NCBI RefSeq assembly: GCF_900232105.1
Contig: NZ_LT934425.1
Span: 2,640,001 to 2,672,000, forward strand
Direction: 5' to 3'
Length of the DNA stretch: 32,000 nt
Origin: Candidatus Kuenenia stuttgartensis
GTDB taxonomy: Bacteria > Planctomycetota > Brocadiia > Brocadiales > Brocadiaceae
The notes beneath the pieces were generated by a model. The model ran no database searches. It was not told the DNA's origin and was given only the letters and a program-made list of their open reading frames with translations. The position numbers and the translations under genes are program-made. Below are positions 1-6,380 of the stretch, piece after piece (positions within the stretch are counted from its first letter, which is position 1; every line of letters begins with the position of its first letter).

Positions 1-62
1 TTCATAATTTATTAAGTACCAATTTAACAGTAACTTAAATACTGTGAACGGTTACGGTTTTA

Positions 63-273
63 GTAACACTTTCGTTTTTTGAAGAATTCCAATAACAGCG
101 CGACTTGCCGTATTAAAAAGGTAAAAAGGATGGTATAGAGGCGGAGCATTTGCTGTAAACGGATGTTGTTCGTTCCTCACTTGAAACACCTAAGCCCACT
201 AAATTCAAATAGTGCGACGGACCTCGTCACACTACAAAGGACTTTTTCCCGTTTCAAAAGGCTAAGGTGTTAC
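63..273. repeat. MITE-like composite inverted-repeat element, family 1 (GTAACAC...GTTTTTTGAARAATTCCAA termini)
   Basis: The left end GTAACACTTTCGTTTTTTGAAGAATTCCAATAA (63-95) and right end TTTCAAAAGGCTAAGGTGTTAC (252-273) are imperfect inverted repeats. The interior has a half copy of the GGCGRAGCATTTGCTGTAAA arm (138-160) and a TAGTGCGACG/CGTCACACTA hairpin (about 208-236). Both modules recur at 17600-17734, 31252-31335 and 31900-32000. Confidence 0.5.
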
Positions 274-496
274 AGGTTTTATGATTGTTCCTGCGTGGTT
301 TTTGTAGTTATTGGCAATTGCAGCAAGCAATATTCAGTATACTTTCGTTTACATATTTGTCAAGAAAATGTAAATATAGGTTTACACATGGGAGGGTATT
401 TTGTATCATAGTGTTGTCGTTGCACCAAAATACTTAAGACAATGAGAAAAGGCATTAATCGATTTACTTATTTTCAATAAAAGGTAATCACTCAAA

Positions 497-1051
497 ATGA
501 AAAAATACATTTCTTTTATCGCCTTTGTAATAAGTCTGTCTTTTTTATTAACGGGATGTACAGGGTTTTCCAAAAAAATTAACGAAATCCAAAAGGAACA
601 AGAAGAACATGCTGCACTCGTTAATAAGAAGATTCAAGACCATGGGCAAATACTTTCAAATTTACAATCTTCCTGCCAAAATATTGAAGGACAAATTGAA
701 GAACTTTCACAAAAAGCCACTAATACGGACAGCGATTATTCAAAACTTCAAACAGCACTGGATACCCTCAATAATAAAATTGAGACAAGAGGTAATTTCC
801 TTGATACTATTTACCCGAAAATCCAAAAACGCATCGATGATCTTGAAATGAAGGTAAATACCCTTCTCGAGATAGAGCATGATTTACAAACTAAGATTAC
901 CGCACTTCAATCACAGTTGTCTGATATCTCGTCTGAAACAAAACAATATGATACTAGTTATGATGAGCTGGGCTACTCGAATAGGTGGCTAAGAAACCTT
1001 TCTAATAAAAAAGGGCAACAGGAGGAGGTTCAGAAACAAGAAAGGAAATAG
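497..1051 (+). CDS. Lipoprotein, coiled-coil rich, function unknown
   Basis: 184-aa ORF. The N-terminus MKKYISFIAFVISLSFLLTGC has a hydrophobic core and an L-T-G-C lipobox. The rest is Q/E/K/L-rich with heptad-like spacing. I recognise no enzymatic motif. Confidence 0.7.
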   Translation: MKKYISFIAFVISLSFLLTGCTGFSKKINEIQKEQEEHAALVNKKIQDHGQILSNLQSSCQNIEGQIEELSQKATNTDSDYSKLQTALDTLNNKIETRGNFLDTIYPKIQKRIDDLEMKVNTLLEIEHDLQTKITALQSQLSDISSETKQYDTSYDELGYSNRWLRNLSNKKGQQEEVQKQERK

Positions 1052-1220
1052 TGGGGAAGAACTAACGGAATAGAAAGGAAGATAACGAGGTCACACATTA
1101 GAAGGTTTTAAAATAAAACCTGACTTAATAGGATTTTCATATAGCACTAAGACACTTTTAAGCCGATTTCGGGGCAGAAACTCGATGGACGATTTTTGTT
1201 TTTGTCCGTCAACGAATAGA

Positions 1221-1262
1221 CCGCACAATGACAGAGCAATATCGTTGTGCGGCCTTTTTTTT
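1221..1262 (+). terminator. Rho-independent terminator candidate
   Basis: CCGCACAA (1221-1228) pairs with TTGTGCGG (1245-1252) across a 16-nt loop, followed by CC and a T8 run (1255-1262). It lies about 170 nt downstream of the lipoprotein stop. Confidence 0.55.
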
Positions 1263-1595
1263 GGTTTGCATATTTGCGATATTTGCGTTAGCCCGACTTT
1301 CGCAACTCAATGGGTAGATAAATCGCTAAGCCAGTAAATACAAGAGGTCCTCTGCTCCGGTGCAAGGGTCATCGGCGCAGATAAGCCCCTCGATATATTT
1401 ACTATGGAGACAAACATGGCGTCCATTTCGCCACTATTTATCCAACATACCGCCAGTCCTTATGTTTAAATTTAAAGAGAAGGATATTTGATTGAAGCAT
1501 TAGTTGTTGTACGTCTCTAATTATGTGAGAATTAGCCGGTCAAGTGAATGCCCCAATTATCAATATTTAATATGTGACTCTAAAAATCCCCTAAA

Positions 1596-1847
1596 ATGAA
1601 TTTAAGTTTCAATACAAAACTAGCAGAAGGATATTCTAGCAATTCGCAAATTGCAAGAGTATTAACTGAAAATTGGGTTAAAGAAAATTCTTATTGTCCT
1701 TGTTGTGGTAATTTTCCATTGAGTGAATTTAAAAACAATAGCCCTGTAGCTGTCTTTTATTGTCTTAAATGCAGCGAAGAATTTGAATTGAAAGGAAATA
1801 GACTCGAAGTGTCTCCTGAATTTGCTCAGGTTTGCGTTGTGGCTTAA
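1596..1847 (+). pseudogene. N-terminal fragment of a DpnI-like (Dam-replacing family) methyl-dependent restriction endonuclease
   Basis: The 83-aa ORF reads ...YSSNSQIARVLTENWVKENSYCPCCGNFPLSEFKNNSPVAVFYCLKCSEEFELKG. This tracks the DpnI N-terminus as I remember it (...YKSNSQKARILTEDWVYRQSYCPNCGNNPL..FENNRPVADFYC..CSEEFELKS). The ORF ends after about 80 of about 250 expected residues. The PVAD aspartate is Val here. Confidence 0.55.
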
Positions 1848-1940
1848 ACTATCATGTGATAGTAATTTTAATTTTCCATGCGGATAGAAGTGATAGTTCC
1901 AACATCAGCCAACATGGCACCGTCTTTGTCCCAATGATAA

Positions 1941-2378
1941 CTACCCTCTTATGCACAAGACGGGGCAAGGGGCATTTCTTATCACATTCTCTGTCACGCT
2001 GCCAATAAACATATGAGAAATGCCCGTACGGCCGTGAGTACCCATAACTATAAGATCTACCCCCACATCGCGGGCTGCTTTTAAAATCTCTTCGAAAGGA
2101 ACACCCGCTCTCATCAGTATTTCAACATTTATACGATGCCTTATTTCTTCAGGAATACTGCTCCTCAATTTCTGTTCTATCTCTGCATCCGTTTCCGCAG
2201 TACGGTTTAACTCAGCGTCAAATTTAAGCCCGCCATAATCAGAGGTATGCTCTTCATGGACATGCATAAGATAAAGCACGGCAGAGTCCTTTATTGCCAA
2301 TTTCTCCGCATATGCAAGCGCATTCATGGAACAATCTGAATAATCTATGGGACAAAGAATTTTCTGATAGTGAATCAT
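1941..2378 (-). CDS. Universal stress protein (UspA family)
   Basis: 145 aa. The C-terminal nucleotide-binding motif G-x2-G-x9-G-S reads GTHGRTGISHMFIGSV. The start lies 16 nt downstream of the antiporter stop on the same strand. Confidence 0.85.
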   Translation of the reverse strand: MIHYQKILCPIDYSDCSMNALAYAEKLAIKDSAVLYLMHVHEEHTSDYGGLKFDAELNRTAETDAEIEQKLRSSIPEEIRHRINVEILMRAGVPFEEILKAARDVGVDLIVMGTHGRTGISHMFIGSVTENVIRNAPCPVLCIRG

Positions 2379-2394
2379 TTTTATCTCGGAGTAT

Positions 2395-5300
2395 TCAGTT
2401 TAACACTGCCCCTTCTAATTCCTTTTTTCTTTTAGTAACAGGAAGAATCTCAGGTGAACAGCCTTTCTTTAGCAAGATGTTTCTTAAAAGAGAGGGGCAT
2501 ATGATGGAAGTAAATACAATTGCCATAATAACAGAAGAAAATACCGTATCACTTAACATTCCCATATCCCTGCCAAGTCCTGCCAGAATTAATGTCCCCT
2601 CCATCTTTGTCGCCATCCCTATGCCTATGGCCAGACGGTTTATACCTTTCTCAATCGGGCAAACGCTGCAAAACATCTTTCCGATAACGGCAGCGCCTGT
2701 TATGGCAAGGCCGAGGAGGAGGGCATTTAGATTGAAAAAACTCCCCAGTTCTACCTGCGCCCCCACCCGAACAAAAAGTATCGGTACAAGGAGCATATAA
2801 AATGGTCTTATAAACGATTCAACATTACGATGCTCCTTATCATCAGAGTTCCTTAGCTTCACATTCCGCAGGAATAAGCCTGCAACAAATGCGCCTATTA
2901 CCGTGTGGAGTCCTACAGACCCAAACATAAAGACTAATAAAAGTGATAAAATTACCACTATGGGTATATTTAAACCCTCCGTAAGCCTTTTCGTGAGAAA
3001 ATTCCCAAACTTATCACCATATTTTACGATAACAATCAAACTGATTATCAGAGAAGTGATTGCTACGCCAAAGCTGAGGGACATACCTACGAGAGAACCT
3101 CCTCCTTTTACAACAAATCCACTTACTACACCGAAGGTTAAAATTACAATAATATCGGTAAGAATAGTAGCACCGGCCATTACCCTTCCTTCCAGGGTAT
3201 TTATTGCCTTTAATTCGCTCAAAACCGCAAGTAATAATCCGGTACTCGAATTACAAAGAACGATTGCCAAAAGAAGTTTCGTGCCGCTTGAGATATCCGG
3301 AAGGAGAAAATGCCCAACCATAAGTCCCAGTCCTGCAGGGGCTATTATACCGCCCAAACATACCAGGAGAGAAGATGTTCCTACCCGTAATAATGCCCTG
3401 AGGTCTGTATTGAGACCAGCGGTAAAAAGAAGTATCAACGTTCCAAAGTATGATATCATCTTTACGAATGGCATAGTCCTGAGAAAATCGAAAAAATCCC
3501 ATCCGGTAAAGGTGATGACGTTACCCAGTATCATTCCCACTATCAGCTTTCCTACTACAGCAGGAAGCCGCAACCTCCTTGCCAGCCATTCTGCTATCTT
3601 GGCGGCGATAAGTATTATGGCGACGGCAAGGATTACCGCATGGGTTGGATCTTTATGCCATATCTCCCAGCCATTACCTGAATCTTTCCCTTTTTTCACT
3701 GCGGCTATGCGGCGTTCTCCTGAAGCTATTACCGTTGTGGATTCACCAGCATCCTTTCTCGGCGGTTCCGTATCTCTATCTTCCTTCCCCTGTAAAAAAC
3801 CTTCAAGAGGCGTAGAAGGCAACCTCTCCACGGAGGCATTTGGGGAGGACTTACTTCCTCCATAAGGCGACGGCTCCTCCTTTTCTCCTGTAATCAGTGA
3901 TTCTTCCACGTCAACGGATGCAGCGGAATATGTCGGCGTAGGTGCAGGCGCAGGCGTGTCGGAGAGGACACTTTTTTCTTCTGTATCTCTGTGATTTTCC
4001 GTAAGAATACTATGCTGCGGCGGAACTTCCCCTATTGATGATTCATCTCTTGTATGCTCTTCTGTTCCATGAGGAGTTTCGTTTTCAATAGGAATCGCCT
4101 GAGATAATTCTCCTTCCGGCGATGGCGTGTGGATTTCTCTTTCTTCCTCAATCAAAGATTGCCCATGGACAGTGGGTGTAACAGGTAGAATCGGCATTGG
4201 TGTAACAAGTGTATTATCTTGTGCCGTGGTATCCGAAAGTGCCTCTTTTGCAAGAATATCAGTATCGCTGCGACTCCCTGTAGTGATGGCATGCTGTGGC
4301 GGAACCTCTTTTATTGATGATTCTTCTTCAGGATGCTCTTCTGTTCCATGAGGAGTTTCGTTTTCAATAGGAATCGCCTGAGATAATTCTCCTTCCGGCG
4401 ATGGCGTGTGGATTTCCCTTTCTTCCTCAATCAAAGATTGCCCATGGACAGTGGGTGTAACAGGTAGAATCGGCATTGGTGTAACAAGTGTATTATCTTG
4501 TGCCGTGGTATCCGAAAGTGCCTCTTTTGCAAGAATATCAGTATCGCTGCGACTCCCTGTAGTGATGGCATGCTGTGGCGGAACCTCTTTTATTGATGAT
4601 TCTTCTTCAGGATGCTCTTCTGTTCCATGAGGAGTTTCGTTTTCAATAGGAATCGCCTGAGATAATTCTCCTTCCGGCGATGGCGTGTGGATTTCCCTTT
4701 CTTCCTCAATCAAAGATTGCTCATGGCCAGTGGGTGTAACAGGCAGAATAGGCATTGGTGTAGCAATGGTATTATCTTGTGCTGTGGTATCCGAAAGTGC
4801 CTCTTTTGCAAGAATATCAGTATCGCTGCGACTTTCTGTAGTGATGGCATGCTGTGGTGGAACCTCTTTTATTGATGATTCTTCTCCGGGATGCTCTTCT
4901 GTTGCATGAGGATCTCTTCTCGCAATAGGAATGGCCTGAGATAATTCTCCTTCTGGCGATGGTGTATGGATTTCTTTTTCTTCTTCAACCAAAGATTGCC
5001 CATAACCAGTGGGTGTAACAGAGGGAATCGGTGTTGGCGTAGCTACAATATTATCTCGCCCTGTGGTATCCGAAAGCGCCTCTTCTGCGTGAACAATCGG
5101 CCGGTCATCTTTATTGGTGTGTGCTATTTTCTGCGAATACTTATTTTCTGCATGTTCAGAAGTATAGGGTTCTTCTTTTTCAGTTGTGATAACATCGCTA
5201 TTACTATTCGGCGTCTGAATACCGACGTCTCTCATATCAACCGTTGTGGGGGATGGGTGTTCTATAACAGGCGTTTGAATGGGTTGATTGTCCCCAGCAA

Positions 5301-5487
5301 TAGTTTGTGTCCCATTTTCTTCTACTGCTAAAGAAACCCTTTCTTTTTGAGTGTCGGCATGAATTGGTTGTGAATCGTTGGAAGGTTCCAAATGCTTCGC
5401 TTCCAACACTGGCGCACCTAACATATCGGTACAATACAGGGAGATGAATACTATCAGAAAAACCAGGCTGGATTTGTAGCTACTCAT
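2395..5487 (-). CDS. Cation:proton antiporter (CPA2/Kef-type Na_H_Exchanger membrane domain) with a signal peptide and a ~575-aa acidic repeat ectodomain
   Basis: 1030 aa. The N-terminus MSSYKSSLVFLIVFISLYCTDMLGAP looks like a signal peptide. Residues ~30-606 are E/D/T/P/H-rich with four 93-aa repeats. Residues 607-1030 (DNA 2395-3669) are polytopic and open with the typical exchanger start ...ILAVAIILIAAKIAEWLARRLRLPAVVGKLIVGMILGN. There is no C-terminal RCK/KTN domain. Confidence 0.85.
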   Translation of the reverse strand: MSSYKSSLVFLIVFISLYCTDMLGAPVLEAKHLEPSNDSQPIHADTQKERVSLAVEENGTQTIAGDNQPIQTPVIEHPSPTTVDMRDVGIQTPNSNSDVITTEKEEPYTSEHAENKYSQKIAHTNKDDRPIVHAEEALSDTTGRDNIVATPTPIPSVTPTGYGQSLVEEEKEIHTPSPEGELSQAIPIARRDPHATEEHPGEESSIKEVPPQHAITTESRSDTDILAKEALSDTTAQDNTIATPMPILPVTPTGHEQSLIEEEREIHTPSPEGELSQAIPIENETPHGTEEHPEEESSIKEVPPQHAITTGSRSDTDILAKEALSDTTAQDNTLVTPMPILPVTPTVHGQSLIEEEREIHTPSPEGELSQAIPIENETPHGTEEHPEEESSIKEVPPQHAITTGSRSDTDILAKEALSDTTAQDNTLVTPMPILPVTPTVHGQSLIEEEREIHTPSPEGELSQAIPIENETPHGTEEHTRDESSIGEVPPQHSILTENHRDTEEKSVLSDTPAPAPTPTYSAASVDVEESLITGEKEEPSPYGGSKSSPNASVERLPSTPLEGFLQGKEDRDTEPPRKDAGESTTVIASGERRIAAVKKGKDSGNGWEIWHKDPTHAVILAVAIILIAAKIAEWLARRLRLPAVVGKLIVGMILGNVITFTGWDFFDFLRTMPFVKMISYFGTLILLFTAGLNTDLRALLRVGTSSLLVCLGGIIAPAGLGLMVGHFLLPDISSGTKLLLAIVLCNSSTGLLLAVLSELKAINTLEGRVMAGATILTDIIVILTFGVVSGFVVKGGGSLVGMSLSFGVAITSLIISLIVIVKYGDKFGNFLTKRLTEGLNIPIVVILSLLLVFMFGSVGLHTVIGAFVAGLFLRNVKLRNSDDKEHRNVESFIRPFYMLLVPILFVRVGAQVELGSFFNLNALLLGLAITGAAVIGKMFCSVCPIEKGINRLAIGIGMATKMEGTLILAGLGRDMGMLSDTVFSSVIMAIVFTSIICPSLLRNILLKKGCSPEILPVTKRKKELEGAVLN
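3967..5082 (-). repeat. In-frame tandem repeat, 4 x 279 bp (93 aa), inside the antiporter ectodomain
   Basis: The unit is EALSDTTAQDNTLVTPMPILPVTPTVHGQSLIEEEREIHTPSPEGELSQAIPIENETPHGTEEHPEEESSIKEVPPQHAITTGSRSDTDILAK. Antisense shadow ORFs at 4127, 4406 and 4685 sit exactly 279 nt apart, and two of them have identical 74-aa translations. The outer copies are more diverged. Confidence 0.9.
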
Positions 5488-5748
5488 GAAAGCATTGTGG
5501 GCTAGAGAACTTTCTGCGAGGATAGAATTAAGAACAACAGAATCAATATATTTACATTATAAAACAGGAAACATCTTAAATACAGAAAAAGTTTCGCAAG
5601 GGTTCAATATATTTTTAATTGGGGTATTTACCTGAATTTGTTAAGTATTGCTAAATATTTTAATGATTTTGTGTTTTATGCCCTTGATAAATTAATTTTA
5701 GATGATTATACTATGTCTCATTTCTTTGTTGGAAGGGGGTATTATTTC

Positions 5749-5901
5749 TTACGATTTAACTTTCGTTAAAACCTTTTGACTTTTATCAAATGTCGTCGGT
5801 TCTATTTGTGTTGCCTTTTGAAGAAGCCGGTAGAAAAGCTTGCCGCGATATTTCGAGGTTATCCGGTTGAATCTAAACGTATACTCAAAATAATACAATC
5901 C
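5749..5901 (-). pseudogene. Possible C-terminal remnant of an IS1595-family (ISXO2-like) transposase
   Basis: A 50-codon open frame reads GLYYFEYTFRFNRITSKYRGKLFYRLLQKATQIEPTTFDKSQKVLTKVKS. The E(F/Y)xFR(F/Y)NRR....R..LF..LL pattern matches my memory of the IS1595-family C-terminus. There is no upstream DDE domain. It sits at the junction between the two duplicated modules. Confidence 0.35.
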
Positions 5902-5938
5902 TCAATCTGCAATTTGCCGACTGTAGATTACTGACAGC
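5890..5938 (+). repeat. Degenerate heptamer tandem array (AATCTGC-like)
   Basis: The register reads ATAATAC|AATCCTC|AATCTGC|AATTTGC|CGACTGT|AGATTAC|TGACAGC, ending just before the USP2 stop at 5940. The same heptamer family occurs at 12653-12710 (opposite strand) and 25372-25413. Confidence 0.5.
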
Positions 5939-5939
5939 C

Positions 5940-6378
5940 TTACCCCCTTATGCACAATACAGGACAAGGGGCGTTTCTTATCACCTTCTCTGCCACACTA
6001 CCAATAAACATATGGGAAATGCCCGTACGGCCGTGAGTACCCATAACTATAAGATCTATCCCAATATCTCTGGCTGCTTTTAAAATCCCTTCACAGGTGT
6101 CCCCCGCCCTCATCAATATTTCAATATTTATACAGCACCTTATTTCTTCTGGAATACTGCTAATAAATTTCTGTTCTATCTCTGCATCCGTTTCCTCGGT
6201 ACGGTTTAACTCCGTGTCAAATTTAAGCCCGCCATAATCAGAGGCATGTTCTTCCTTTACATAAATAAGATAAAGGCCTGGCAGTTTCCCTTGTTGCCAA
6301 TTTTGCCGCATATGCAAGCGCATTCATGGCACAATTTAAATAATCAACGGGACAAAGGATTTTCCGATAGTGAATCAT
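5940..6378 (-). pseudogene. Universal stress protein paralog with an apparent +1 frameshift
   Basis: The reverse strand from the ATG at 6378 gives MIHYRKILCPVDYLNCAMNALAYAAKLA..., parallel to USP1 MIHYQKILCPIDYSDCSMNALAYAEKLA. The rest (LYLIYVKEEHASDYGG...GTHGRTGISHMFIGSV) is in another frame (ORF 5940-6323). The span is 439 nt versus 438 nt in copy 1. The extra base lies within 6276-6295 (20 nt versus 19 nt in copy 1). Confidence 0.7.
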
Positions 6379-6380
6379 TT

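Noticed and set aside
163-411. 82-aa + strand ORF at the left edge
   Set aside because: It overlaps the family-1 repeat element. It has no RBS or motif support, and the protein is Cys/Phe-rich with odd composition.
2903-3865. 320-aa + strand ORF, with similar ORFs at 2294-2800, 6502-6801 and 7054-7422
   Set aside because: All lie antisense to the antiporter and USP genes, which have strong family motifs. Their translations are low-complexity with no recognisable motifs, so I treat them as shadow ORFs.
4127-4909. Three repeated 74-aa + strand ORFs (MWISLSSSIKDC...), plus 8128-8382
   Set aside because: They are the antisense image of the 279-bp coding repeat. The - strand frame is continuous through a 1030-aa protein with a signal peptide and a transporter domain.
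3967-5082. Possible CRISPR array or DGR template/variable repeat pair
   Set aside because: The period is 279 bp with no unique spacers, and the repeats are in frame within a CDS. Differences between units are not confined to adenines, and the window has no reverse transcriptase or cas gene.
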